Source: Takakia lepidozioides
Taxonomy: Eukaryota; Plantae; Bryophyta
NCBI GenBank assembly: GCA_030704615.1
Contig: CM060731.1
Coordinates: forward strand, 5,394,001 to 5,458,000
Reading direction: 5' to 3'
DNA: 64,000 bases
Position 1 is the first letter of the stretch. Each line of letters starts with the position of its first letter. The translations under genes and the position numbers were made by a program. Shown in pieces: positions 1 to 12,478 of the stretch. The notes under the pieces were generated by a model. It did not search any database, was not told the origin of the DNA, and was given only the letters and a program-made list of their open reading frames with translations.

Positions 1-34
1 GATTGATAGTTTGGGTCTAATGGAGACAGGGGAT

Positions 35-1291
35 TTAAGAAGAGTCAGGTAGCTTAGCAAGTGTGGTGGTCTTTTGCACATGCCAGGTGAGTGATGGGAC
101 TAGTTGGATACCTAAGTATGTTTCATCGGGTCCCAAAAAGGGGAAGGGGTTGTTTAGGTAATGGATATAGAGTTTACAATGAGAAGCAATCGCAATTTTT
201 GTTAATTTACTGCGGTGGGTTGCTGCGGTAACGGCGCACTTGTGGAGGCTAAGTTCCATGCCGGACCATAAGTTAAAGCGGGATAACTTGCTGACTTGTC
301 GGTTGAGGTGTTGGGGTTTGTGAGCTAGAATAGCGAGGTCGTCAGCGTATGCGGCAGCGGAGATTGCATTAAGGGAGGTTTTATAGTGATAGCCAAGATT
401 TCCGCGTGCTAACCATCTTAGTAGAGGTTCTAAAAAGATAATAAAGAGGTATGGACTGAGGGTGTCACCCTGGATGGTACCGCGTAGGATAGGAATAGGG
501 GGGGTAGTACCATAGTATGAACCGGAGTATTCCGTAGTGCTGTTGGTATAAATGTTGCCAATGAGTTGGATGGCATCGATGGGATAACCGAGGTCCGTCA
601 TGTTTGCAAGTAGTCTGGCATGGTCTAAGGATCCGAAGGCATTTTTAAAGTCTATATACAAGAGATAGATATCTTGTTTAGTGAGCTTGGCATCTTCAAG
701 GGCTGAGAGGACGTATTGTATTTGACGAGTTGTACTACGTGTGGCTCGGAAGCCCTCCTGGGGGTCACTCAGAATATGGTGTTGTTCACCGTAATTGGAT
801 AGCAGCGTGGTCAGTGTGCTGGTAAACAATTTATAGATAGTATTGGCTAGGGCTATGGGTCTGTAGTTACCGAGGTTAGTTGGGTCGCCTTTCTTAAATA
901 GCAGGATGGTGCGGCTATGTTTCCAAGTAGGTGGGATACGTTTGAGTTGGTAACATAGTTTGAAAAATTTGAAGAAGAGGGTGTGAAGATGGGGGTCGAG
1001 CGCCTCTAATATAGCCCTAGGGATCATATCTGGTCCAGGGGCCTTTGATTTGGATAGACCTTTAAGGCAAGAGTCATAGAGATCTAGCGTGAAAAGGTCA
1101 TGTATGCGGTCCGTGGGTACCCCACGTTTGTCTAATGAGAAGCCGTCGAGGTCATGCCATGGGTAATGTTTGACTTTATATAAACAGTTGGGGTGGTGGT
1201 GGTCAGGGTGTAGGCAGTTTGCGACAACGGGCGTATAGGAAGCGGATGCTTGTATCCATATTTCTTTGTTGATATCAGTGGGGCTTGTCAA
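35..1291 (-). pseudogene. LINE reverse transcriptase domain
   Basis: Non-LTR RT motifs PGPD, YRPIAL, QxGFR, DFKNAF, QGDTLSP, YADD. Confidence 0.92.
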
Positions 1292-1560
1292 GAAGTGGCC
1301 CAGTCAATGTTTAAGGCTGTCAATTGGTGGATTGAGCGTAGGGTTAAAGATGGCTTTGTGTGCTCTTTTAGGATGGTTATGTAGGAGGTGGCCAAAGGAG
1401 GTGATAAACTTTTTGTGGTTATCGCCAGCTTTTTGTTTGGTTATAAGATATGCGGCTTTTTTTGCGTTCCTTCCTAGCTTGGCGAGGGCAGCAAGCCAAT
1501 TCGGGATGGTACTGTGGTCCATAGGAGGGGGCAAGAGGGCTTGGCATACTGGGAGAGAGT

Positions 1561-2706
1561 TTAGGCAAATAATGCAGGGGTCTCGTCTCCATTCTGTGTG
1601 ATGATTGTTGGATGGGGAATTGGGGATGATAGTAAGGGCACGGCGTATGATATGATGGGTGTTAAGGTGAGAGGTCCAGGCACATTTTTGTGTGCGGGTA
1701 AGGTATCCTCCATTTTGTTTGGATCTGGGGTGTGGACTCCGTTATTTGTGTGGCCCGATAGAGCAATGTCCCGGTTGAAGTCGCCAGCCAGTATATAGTG
1801 ATGGTGTTGGTGCGCGGGGTGCTTGATTGTATTAGAGATTGTGTCCAATATGTCGGGTATCAGGGATAGGTCCTCAGTATGGGATGGCATATATAAGTGG
1901 ATGAGAGTGATGGGCGTAAGTGCAGGGAGATGCAGCTGGACAATTTGAAGGTGAGATCGGAGAGGGATGGGTACTAGAACTTTGGTGGTGGTGCTGGGAG
2001 AGTGATGGGTGCGGAGGATGCCAAGTGCCACACCACCCCGTGTAGGACAGTATGGGGTGGAGCAACGACGGAGACATTGTGTGGCTGTCATGGGGGTCCC
2101 ATAGAGGAGGTAGTAGGCTGATAAGAGTTTGTTAATATAGGAGCTGTTGGTGTTGTTAGTGTTTAGTTTGGGTTCTTGGATGAGAATAATGTGTGGGGGC
2201 GTGGAGTCCGTGAGGAGGTGGATCAAACTCTGGATACTGGTGGCAAGGGATCCGACATTCCAAGTGGTGATGTTAAAGGAGTCTGACTGTAGATCGGGGG
2301 TGTTCGGAGTGTGGCAGCGAGGTGTAGCGGGTGAGGGATACAACTGGTGTGGTGGTGAAGGAAGATGGTGGGTAGGGGGGGGGGGGGGGGGGTGGAACCC
2401 TGGGAGGGGCGTGGTAGCGTTAAGCGTAGCTGTCAGGATGTTGGCAGAGAGAAACGGGAATTTGTTGATGGTAGTGGAAATGTTTGGGACAGAGGTGGGT
2501 GCAAACGCTAGATGATCACCAAGAATTTTGTGTATAACTCCGGGATGGGACTGTAACAGGTTTAGGGACGCGTGGAGATCAGTTAAGCAATGTGGTGGGC
2601 CCAAGTAGTTGCTGGTATGTGTGGGTAGGTCTTGTAAGTGATGTAGTAGGGAAATGAGTTGGGAATCTGGTTGGGACGTAAGGTAGTCATTACATTCTTG
2701 GGGCAA
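1561..2706 (-). pseudogene. LINE apurinic-like endonuclease (partial)
   Basis: WNV, QE and GDFN motifs of the EEP/APE fold; the C-terminal motifs are missing. Confidence 0.85.
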
Positions 2707-3656
2707 AGGGGAGATGAGGACAATAAGGGAGAAGAGAAGGTGGTGTGGTGGAAAGGCTTGAAGTTTGTGGGAGGTGTGGGAGAGAGCAGGGTATGGGCAG
2801 GCTGGGAGGCCAAAGGTGGAAATGTAGTGGGGGCAGTCTGTAGGTGAGTGGAGGGGATGAGTAGTGATTTGGGGAGGTAGGGGTCGAAGTGGGTAGCAAG
2901 ATGTTTGTATTGGTGTATAAAGGATAGGGTGTCCGGCTGGAAGTATAGCGCATAGCGATCTTGTGCATCAGCAGGGAGTTGAGTTGTGATGGTGGAAATA
3001 GTGAGTGGCCCGGGGTTAGGGTGGATGTCCCCACATCGGAGCAGTGTAAGTGTGGTACATAAGTTGAGGTATAAGGTTTCATGTGAAAGGGGATGATGGA
3101 GGCTGTGTTTGGATTTTAGGGGGTGGTAAAGAGAGCGCCCGTTTGGGCTGTGAGTAACGAGAGGGTTTTTTCTGGGTAGTTCAGAGGGTAATTTATGAGG
3201 GTAGGATGGATTGATGTGCGGTGAAGTTAAGGGGCTATGGTTGTTAGAAGCTAGGGTGGGGCTGGTGTGTTGGGCGCAGGGGGGGGGGAGATATATAGTG
3301 GGTAGGGGAAATACCCTCCCCACCAACCCACGAGACTTAGCCCACCCCCCACTACTCCCTACCACACCCACGGTGGGAAGGTCACAACCTTATCACTAAG
3401 CCCCAACTGGTCACAATATCATGGAACCAACCCAAATATAAACTCACCACACCTCTATACACATGGACACCTGTGCTACCCTATGCCCATATTACCGACA
3501 CCCCTGTCTCCGCTCAATCAACCCGCCAACCGCTCCAAATTTTCCCAATAATCTCCCCACCAAATTACTATGTCATTACTCAGCATACTTATACATCATC
3601 CCAACTATCATATACAACTCTCATCACCGACAAGATACTAGGCCCAACCGCCAAAC

Positions 3657-4298
3657 TGTCAAGGACGAGAACATGACTGAACACAAATAAGAGATCAGAC
3701 TAGAGGTACAAGACTAGACAAGAAGTCAAGGTCGGTGTGACCGTATGCACGATGAGTAAATAAGAATCAAGACGATCTTTATAACAATAAACATGAGTAC
3801 AAGATATTGGAACACGACTTGAATACTGGAATGCTGGAAACTGGACTGGAGTACCAGATACTGGAAACTGGGCTAGAGTATTGGAAACTGGACTGGAGTA
3901 TTGGGAACTGGAAACAAGAGTAGCTTGAACTAGTGTTGGCGTGACTGACGAGTGTCCAGTCTCGCCTCCTATATATACTGGCTACTAAGAAGCTTCCCTA
4001 AGAAGCTTCCCCTATGGAGGTTTCTTGCTGGAAAAGTTTCCAAGATTAAACAAAGGTTTCTTGATGGAGAAGCTTCCTTAAACAAATGATGTATCTTGAT
4101 GGAGAAGTTTCCTCCAAATGAAGCCTCTTGAGCAGTTTCCCAAGTTAGTCTTGGTAATTTGGTAAACTCTCGGTAACTTGGTAAGTAATGGTGAATCATG
4201 GTAGATCATGGTAAGTCATGGTAATTTTCGGTGACATGGTAACACGGTAACTTTTGGTATTTACTCCTGGTAAGTTCCTCTGGGCTATGTCCATGACA
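3657..4298 (-). repeat. LTR (inverted copy of the LTR at 4459-5085)
   Basis: Reverse complement reads TGTCA...TGACA and aligns along its length with 4459-5085. It is followed by the same GTTTGGCG (3649-3656). Confidence 0.92.
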
Positions 4299-4458
4299 GA
4301 TATCTGGAAAACCCAGATTAATTCTATATATGAAGGTAAGTCTTACTACCAACGTCAGCCTTGACAAAGGCAGGTTCTGTCCCTTTTGTTTCCGCTCAAA
4401 CTGGGCGCGGGATCAATGGCCACAAGGCTATGGCAAACAACGTTTTATGAGTACAATC
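4299..4458 (+). mobile_element. 3' terminal fragment of LINE family 2
   Basis: Near-identical to 41945-42088 (gatatctggaaaacc...ggccacaaggcta...atgagtacaatc). Confidence 0.85.
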
Positions 4459-5085
4459 TGTCACGGACATAGCCCAGAGGAACTTACCAGGAATAAATAC
4501 CAGAAGTTACCAAGTTACCATGTTACCGGAAGTTACCATTACTTACCGTGATTTACCATGATCTACCATGATTCACCATTACTTACCAAATTACCGAGAG
4601 TTTACCAAATTACCAAGAGTAACTTGGGAAACTGCTCCTGAAGCTTCCTTTGAAGGAAACTTCTCCATCAAGATACCTCCTTTGTTTAAGGAAGCTTCTC
4701 CATCAAGAAACCTTTGTTTTATCTTGGAAACTTCTCCAGCAAGAAACCTCCATATGGAAGCTTCTTAGGGAAGCTTCTTAGTAGTCAGTATATATAGGAG
4801 GTGAGACTGGACACTCTTCAGTCTCGCCAACACAAGTTCCCAGTACTCCAGTCCAGCTTCCAGTCTCTAGTCCAGTTTCCAGTATCTGGTACCCCAGTCC
4901 AGTTTCCAGCATTCCAGTATTCGAGTCGAGTTCCAGTATCTTGTACTCTTTGTCCATTGTTATAAAGATCATCTTGATTCATGTACCCACCATGCCTTCG
5001 GCCACGTCGACCTTGACTTCTTGTCTAGTCTTGTACCTCTAGTCTGATCTCTTGTTTGTGTTCAGTCATGTTTTCGTCCTTGACA
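4459..5085 (+). repeat. 5' LTR of the chromovirus (627 bp)
   Basis: TG...CA termini with 5-bp terminal IR, a TATATATA box near 4789, and a TGG-initiated putative PBS (TGGCGAG) 3 nt downstream, followed by gag. Confidence 0.9.
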
Positions 5086-5246
5086 GTTTGGCGAGACTAA
5101 AGTTTGTTCCTTAGTTAGTTAAGATGGAAGGCACATTTGCGGAAATGGTCGCTACATTGCAGAGTCTTCAGCTCCAAATGCAAGAACTTCGTACCTCTAC
5201 CGCCTAATTACAAGCTGATCAGTCTCAAGATAAAAGTCTCCACAAT

Positions 5247-6158
5247 TTGCAACAACAAATTTCAGAGTTAAAGGAGTCAAACAATGGATCTTCAACCATA
5301 CGAGTCTGTACTGCAACAACTCATACTGCAACGGTTCCTCTTCAACAGATTACGAGAGAACCAAAGATTAGCATGCCCGAGAAATTTGATGGGATGAGAT
5401 CAAGATTTCGCGGTTTTGTTCAACAAATACGACTATTCCTACGACTACATCCACAACGTTACCCCGATGAAGGTATTCAAGTGAGATTCGTGGGCACCCT
5501 TCTATCAGGCACTGCCCTATCTTGCTTTGCACCGCTATTAGAAAAAAAATCACATTTACTATACAATTCTGAAGCATTCATGTCCGAGTTCACTGCAACG
5601 TTTGGAGAAAATCATAGGGAGAGAGTTGCGGAGACAAAGATTCGAAATCTTCGACAAGGAGCACGTCTTGCTTCCGTTTATACTGCCGAATTTCGACAAC
5701 TTGTGTGCGACCTCGACTGGAATGAGAAGAGCCTCATTAGTCAATTTCGATTTGGTCTAAAAGATGATGTAAAAGATTTGTTGCTGACAATGCCAAACGT
5801 GAGCACACTGAGCGAATTCATCACCCAAGTCATTGCATGCGATAATCGTGTGTTCGAAAGACGTCAAGAGAAGCGATCTGGATGGTCGACGACGCATCAT
5901 GCCGCTGCTACTACGGCACCAAACACAACGATCCATCAGACATCCGGTAATGATCCTATGCAGATTGATGCTGTCCGATTCAAGCCATTGACGCCACAAG
6001 AAAAACAAAGACGAGGCTCGAATGGATTATGCCTCTATTGCGGAGAAGAAGATCACATAGCATTAAACTGCCCCAACAAGAGAAGATTCAAAGCTCGGGG
6101 CACAACTCAAGTGTTCGATACGAGGAGGTCAGAAAACGAAGATGTCCAGTCACAGTAG
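5247..6158 (+). pseudogene. Gag (retrotransposon capsid plus CCHC knuckle)
   Basis: PEKFDG...F, LRQG...Y..EF, F..GL..., CX2CX4HX4C. An upstream in-frame part from ~5124 is interrupted by a stop. Confidence 0.9.
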
Positions 6159-9100
6159 GGACCATGTAGCTGGACACCACAAATTCCTCACCAAAAAATG
6201 TCTATTTCTACTTCCAGACCCTGCACTTTGCTTCACAGTTTCGGTAAAAATCAGAGTGTAAAATCGAGATATCTCTATAGAAGCACTTTTGGACTCAGGG
6301 GCTTCAGCATGTTTTATTGACAAAAACTTTGCGAAGCAACACAATTTAACGCTCGTAAAGAAGAAACTTTCGGCCCCCGTTGCAGTCATCGATAGACGAC
6401 CGTTAGCATCAGAAAATGTTGACCATGAAACTCGACCACTTGAAGTAAAACTTGAAGATCAAGACATAACACTGTATTCGAAATGTCCATACCTTGTTCG
6501 AAAAGTTGTTTTCCATTCGTCTCTTTCTTTTATCCGTACAAGGTTATAAGCTCCTCTCAAGTCAATTTTGGTGAAAATCTTCGCTTGTTCCAGTTGGTCG
6601 AGAAACCCAGAAATCAGTGGCACGGATAACGATTCTTAATTGTGACTTTGTTGAGACCGTGATAGTCCACACACATGCGTAATGATCTGTCCTTCTTTTT
6701 CACAAACAAGATAGGCGCCCCCGGTCTTACAAATGCTCCAGCAATTTTTCAACATATTATGAATGATATCTTTCGAGAATTTTTAGATGACTTTGTAGTC
6801 ATCTATTTGGACGACATTTTGATATTTTTCACAAAATGATGAAGAACATGACCGCCATGTACGCCTTGTCCTTGATAAATTAAGAGAAAGAGGACTATAT
6901 GTCAAGTTGGAAAAATGACTTTTTCCATCAATCTGAGGTCGAATTTATGGGCTACATTATTTTTGACAAAGGCGTCTTTATGGATCAAAAGAAAATACAA
7001 ACCATCATCGAGTGGATTAAACCAACTTCGGTCCGAAATGTACAATGTTTTCTGGCAAAATTGCTGCACCATTGACACGACTAACAATGAAGGACAAATT
7101 TGTATGGGACGAGGAGGCTGACCAGACATTTGAAAGGCTGAAGTAGACATTTACAACGGCCCCAATACTGGTACATGCAGACCAATCTAAACCATTCTTT
7201 TTGGAAGCAGATGCATCGGACTTTGCATTTGGCGTTATACTCTCTCAATACGGTACGGATGGCCGACTTCACCCTGTTGGTTTTCGTTCTCGCAAATTTT
7301 CCGCTGCGGAGATCAATTATGAAATCCATGACAAAGAATTTCTAGCGATTATTGATGATTTTGAGGAGTGACATCATCTATTCAAGGGAGCTCAACATCA
7401 GATCACTGTCTATACTGATCAGAGAAACCTCGAGTATTTTATGAGTGCTCGGGTTTTGAATCGACGTCAAGCGAGATGGAGTATGTCACTACCAAGGTTT
7501 GATTTTGTTATTACCTACCGTCCCTGACATTTTCAAGGAAAACCAGATTGTTCTTTCTCGACGATCGTATCTTGTGCCAAAAGAAGAAGATGCAGCTTTT
7601 GACCAACAGAAATCCATCATCTTGAAACCAACAAATCTCCAATTGAATATGCTATCCATGTCCACCTATGACGATGTAGAGATCATAAAAGAGATTCAAA
7701 AAGCACTGAAGAGCGACAAATTTGCTACGACACTACGAAGTCAACTAAATCAACCTCGAGATAACCCACATGTTACAAACGACTTCGAATTCAAAGATGA
7801 CTTACTTTATTTCAAGGGACTTCTCTATGTACCTCCAGGATCTATACGACTTCGAATTCTTCAAACATGCCATGATCTTCCGGCTGCAGTACATTTCGGC
7901 TTCAACAAAACAATGGAATTGATATCCATGGACTATTGGTGGCCGCAGATGTGGAAACTCGTGGAAAGAATTTATAAAAATCCATTGTTATTGTAGATCG
8001 GGTACGAGATTAACATTTCAATTACATGTAATAAGTACATGTTACCAACCCGTCGAAGAAACTGCAAGACTCTTCCTCATAATATCTACCGCATTGCATG
8101 GACATCCCGAAGGACATCCGTATCTATCGAGGACCACAGTTCATATCAAATTCTGGAGGGGATTATTTCACATATTGGATACTAAGATCAACTTCTCTAC
8201 AACTAATCATCCACAACGAATGGTCAAACCGAACGTGTAAACCAGATTCTGGAGCATATCTCTTCGCTGTAGGATAAGTATCACCAAGATAATTGGACTG
8301 ACCTTCTGTCATTGCTGAGTTTGCACAACAACACTATACATTCTTCGACCAAACAAACTCTATGTTTTTCTAATTATGGTCATCATCTTCGAGCAAACCC
8401 TTTCCACCTGAAGACTGTTGGAAGCCCTGCTGTAGAAAACCTTGCTACTTCATCTCGTTACGATTCACAACGAGCTTACATTTCACTTCGCAGAAGCTCA
8501 AAAATAATACAAGGAGTACGTAGATCAACGTCGTCAACTCCAACCCCAGTTCAAGGTCGGAGATCGTGTGTGGCTTCTTCGACGGTACATACAAACCTCT
8601 TGACCATCGAGGAATTGGATTATCACCACCGCCTGGGACCATTCAAATTATTCGAGACAATATCCGGTTCAGTTTTCGGCTTGAACTCCCACAAGTATGT
8701 GCGCATCCATCCAGTCTTTCATGTTTCATTATTGGAGTTGTATCATCCATTGAGTATGAAGTCGATGAAGTCCGAGACTCTCGCATCAAGTATAAACGTT
8801 TTGAGTATTTTTTACATTTGAAAGGCTACGACATCAGCGAACGAATGTGGGAACCTTCATCCAATCTTGTCATTCCATCTGACAAAGACCAAGAGTTTCA
8901 TCAACGATATTCAGCTAAGCCCCGAGCTACACATCAATAAGACGTCACAAAGCGGGTGCACACGTCAATGACATCACGTCACGTCGGACCTGCCGCTGAC
9001 ACGACAAACGTCACGTCAGTTTTGCCGAAAAATCAGTAAACATGAGTTAGGTGAAAAATATGCCACGTAGGTGGACCCGTTGTATTCCAATCGACACCTT

Positions 9101-9179
9101 GGCAAAATGAATGATTGTTGTATAATTAACTCCATTCCACCAATATTTGAGGTCATTTTTAAATCATTATTGTTAAATT

Positions 9180-9925
9180 GGTGCGACCTCCAAATGGTGG
9201 TGGTCGCAGAATTTATCTTATTTTTAATAGTTGCGACCACCAGCAAAGAGGTTGTCGCAACATTTTTTATTTTTTTAATAGATGCGACACCATCATGGGT
9301 GGTCCGCATTTTTTCTTTTCTTAAACGTTGCGACCAGGCTACTGGCGGTCGCACAATTTTTATTTTATTTATAATAGGTGCGACCACCATCAGGGGGATG
9401 GTGACAACATTTTTCTAGTTTTTAATATTTGCGACCACCAGCATGGGGGTGGTCGCAGCATTTTTTTGTTTTTTTAATAGGTGCGACCACCAGTCAGAGG
9501 GTGGTTGCAAATTATTATTATTATTATTATTTTGTTTTGAAAAATATCTTTGTGACCACGAGCATAGGGGTGGTCGCAACATTTTTTTGTTTTATATTAG
9601 GTGCGACCACCAGCATGGGGGTGGTCGAAGATTTTTTTTTGTTTTTTTAATAGGTGCGACCACCAGCATGGGGGTGGTCGAAGAAATTTTCTGTTTTTTT
9701 AATAGGTGCGACCACCAGCAGGGGGTGGTCGCAACAATTTTTTATTTATTTATTTAATTTTAAAAAAAAAAATCTTTTATGACAACAACTGTGACCACGC
9801 AGGTGGTCGCAACTTTGTCTTTTTTTTAATATGTTGCTACCACCAGCAGAGAGGTGGTCGCAGCATTAAAAAAATAACATAACATAACGACTTTCCTCGT
9901 GCGACCTGAGCGGTCGCCACCTTGG
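9180..9925. repeat. Array of ~14 palindromic units (TGCGACCACC-N8-GGTGGTCGCA) separated by T-rich spacers; probable subterminal repeats of a CACTA-like DNA transposon
   Basis: Units recur about every 50 bp. CTGTAGTG at 10109-10116 is the reverse complement of CACTACAG, a possible CACTA terminus. Confidence 0.7.
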
Positions 9926-10837
9926 ATCTGATTCGTCGAGCGTGTGAGGCTTGGAGGCTGGAGGGTAGTATAAGGTGGTTCCAATGCCCTTCACTTCTTT
10001 TGTGGCAAACATTTTTGTGGCGAGTAAATGTTCTCTATTCCTTGAGCAAGAGTGTAAGCCCAAGAGGAGGGTGCAAACTTTTTGCTGTTGTGGCTTCCAC
10101 CAGAGCCACTGTAGTGTGAAAAGAAGGGGCTTGAATCCCCTTCTGGGTGATTCTAATCTGTCTACCCTCCTCCCCAGTTGAAGTCAAAGCAAAGGACGGA
10201 CGTTCTAAAATCTAGTGATCCAACCATCTTCACATGGCTGTGGATTTCCCTTATTCGTTCGTGATTCAGAGTTCATGCAATCCTCATCCACGCGGCGCAG
10301 AGGAAGAGAAGACATGGAATGGGGAGTTTTGATTGTTCTTGGCTCTTGGTTCTACTTTATACAACAGCCTTGCCTATGATCACAACGGCCAACTGCCCTG
10401 TCATGATCTTTTCTGTGATGCAACCAGCCCTATGACAAACGCTGAACACGACCCTTAATGTGAAGGCTCCCTTGAGCAGTGATACGTCGGAAGCCCCCTT
10501 TGTAATGGTGACACACAGATTTAGAGGAGGCAGCTCAGATCTGCCATGAACTCTGCAAGGGTCATTGGTCTCTTTCATTCAGATTCATGTTTTTTCTTCT
10601 TCTCCATCTTCCCTCCCTTCCCAAATTGGCCATCCCCCATCAACCCCCTTTTACTTGAGCATCTCTCCCCCTTCCCAAAATCCTTTTCTCTCTCTCTCTA
10701 ATCTTGGTCTACAGGTTCTCCTTCCTCAACAGTATCATATCTACCATGCACTGCATGCACAACTCAGCCAGGCATCCAGTGCACCCAGCCTTGAAATCAT
10801 CCTCGGTCACACAAGGCATAATCATCCCATTCATCAG

Positions 10838-10893
10838 TCTCTCTCTCTCTCTCTCCCTCTCTCACTCTCTCTCTCTCTCCTCTCTCTCTCTCT
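10838..10893 (+). repeat. (CT)n microsatellite
   Basis: Imperfect CT dinucleotide run. Confidence 0.9.
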
Positions 10894-11816
10894 CCATTCC
10901 AAGTCCCAACCCTTTCACACTACCTTTTTCCAAAGAAGCCATTGCCCAACAGCTCTCAAGCTCAGCCTTTCTACAGGTTTCAGGTTTCAACCAAATACCC
11001 CCAACAGCCCTCTTTTTCCCTTCAAATGTGAACCTCAGTTGTTCATACCCTGAGACCATACTGGAAATCAGTTCCAAAACCAATCAGTGTCGGTGTTTGC
11101 TTCCCCATCCACATTATCCTTTCTCTCTGTTTTCAACAGTTCTAACTAACTACCTCACTCCTCTGGTGTTTTCAATCAGCCAAGCTAGTCTACATTGGTT
11201 CCAGTGTAATCAATACCCAGGGCAGCATTGTGTGCAGGTTCATAACACTGAAACAAAGAACAAGAATGAAGACAAACAGTGACCATTCTGATTCAGTGAC
11301 AAGCGTCCTCTCCTCTCCCTCCCCCCACTCATTTCTCTCCTACTGACACTATAACATCAGGGTGCATCCATCCTTTCCCTATCCTGGTTTAAGTCCCGAG
11401 TCTCCATTCCATTTCCAAAAACTTTTTCCTCCATCACATATTTCTACCCTCCTTCTCCTCTACTACCAAGAGCCAGTCCTAAATTCACACCAAACGATTT
11501 CTAAGTCACCATCCCAAAACCGAAGCCCACAGTCTACGAACTTATCTGTTTTATCCTCCATCGAAGCGGTGGATCTGCCTGCCAAGATGGCACCCCCCCT
11601 CACCATCGTCTGTCAGCAGCCACTTCAACCTATTCTCCTTGTCTTGATTCCAGTATTTATCATGCCATGATGGCTCCCTCTTCATCCTATGGAACATCCT
11701 GTGGCTTGCCAACTAAATACTCTATCTATCCTTCTATTCGTGCAATTCTTCTTCCCCTAAGAATTGACATGTTCCTTAGTAAGAAACCAAAAAGCAGCTA
11801 TAAGCTTTGAGAACAG

Positions 11817-12105
11817 ATGTATGGAGCTACCAAGGGGCCTCGTAGGTACTCTGGAGCTGTGGGCACAATCGAGTTGGATGACTTTATCCGGAGTTCGACA
11901 ACTGGTGTGATTTTGCAGCAGATGCGCACATCCACAGCTATTCACCCCTTCATGGCGTGGAAGGGACTGTTCCACCATTGCATTGGAAGGCCCGCCTATG
12001 GACGATTACCACGAGTTCAGGCGAGGACATGAAGCGAGATTGAGGAGTGGAGGATGTATTTTGGTCACCTGACTACATCTCCATTACTCGAGGCACGACG
12101 CGACC
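11817..12105 (+). pseudogene. Frameshifted gag-like N-terminal fragment
   Basis: Joining frames gives roughly YSGAVGTIELDDFI(R)EFDNWCD...AWKGLF...LEGPPMDDYHEFRR, which resembles a retrotransposon gag start. It abuts a 14-bp piece of the short LTR (12106-12119). Confidence 0.45.
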
Positions 12106-12362
12106 AGTAGTCTGCCACAATAGTGATAAGAAAGCTAAAGACACACTGTTCACACAAGAAACATGAAATCCATCAACATCACTTTTTAAGATAATAGTCG
12201 AGCCAGGGGCACCCAAGCTATGGGGAGTCCACCCCACAACAACCTATATCCCTACATAAGCACACTCAGATTCTATAGCATGAAGGAGCTCTCGGTCGCG
12301 CAGGCTCATTCGAGAGAGATAGCTGCGCGACTGACGCTCTCGTGAAGATAAGACGGTTCAGG

Positions 12363-12476
12363 TGTCAAGCTCAAACTTGATACCTGACTTAAACACTTGA
12401 ACTAAATCCAAGTGTTAAATACAAAATAACTAGTTTTTATTCTAGTTAGTTTCACACTGTGTTTATTAACTTGACA
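12363..12476 (-). repeat. Putative short (114-bp) LTR of a related element, with leader 12120-12362
   Basis: TGTCAAG...CTTGACA terminal inverted repeat. LTR plus leader weakly resemble 32357-32620. Confidence 0.5.
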
Positions 12477-12478
12477 GC

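Larger units (their letters stand above)
1..3648 (-). mobile_element. Degenerate APE-type non-LTR retrotransposon (LINE family 1), 3' part runs off the window start
   Basis: Minus-strand ORFs give an APE endonuclease (1561-2706: TTWNVGSL, ILIQEPK, ILAGDFNRD) and an RT (35-1291: KAPGPD, NYRPIAL, QEGFR, YIDFKNAF, GTIQGDTLSP, AYADDL). They are broken by frameshifts and an internal deletion. The 5' side is cut by an LTR at ~3649. Confidence 0.9.
4459..8940 (+). mobile_element. Ty3/gypsy chromovirus (Tcn1-like) LTR retrotransposon, decayed, no 3' LTR seen
   Basis: 5' LTR 4459-5085 (TGTCA...TGACA). Gag ~5124-6158 (PMQIDA, CLYCGEEDHIALNC knuckle), protease LLDSGAS (~6289), RT remnant (YLDD near 6800), RNase H (EADASDFA), integrase (GQTERVNQ near 8220) and chromodomain (EYEVDEVRDSR...YFLHLKGY...WEP, ~8750-8940). 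Confidence 0.9.

Noticed and set aside
2375-2392. 18-nt G run as a special element
   Set aside because: It encodes a poly-Pro stretch in the C-rich LINE coding strand; its length may be a slippage or sequencing artefact.
9180-9925. CRISPR-like array of palindromic repeats
   Set aside because: Spacers are low-complexity T-tracts that resemble each other, the context is eukaryotic, and no cas genes are present.
10565-11670. Ser/Leu/Pro-rich ORFs
   Set aside because: They arise from pyrimidine-rich low-complexity DNA and the CT microsatellite; no domain motifs.
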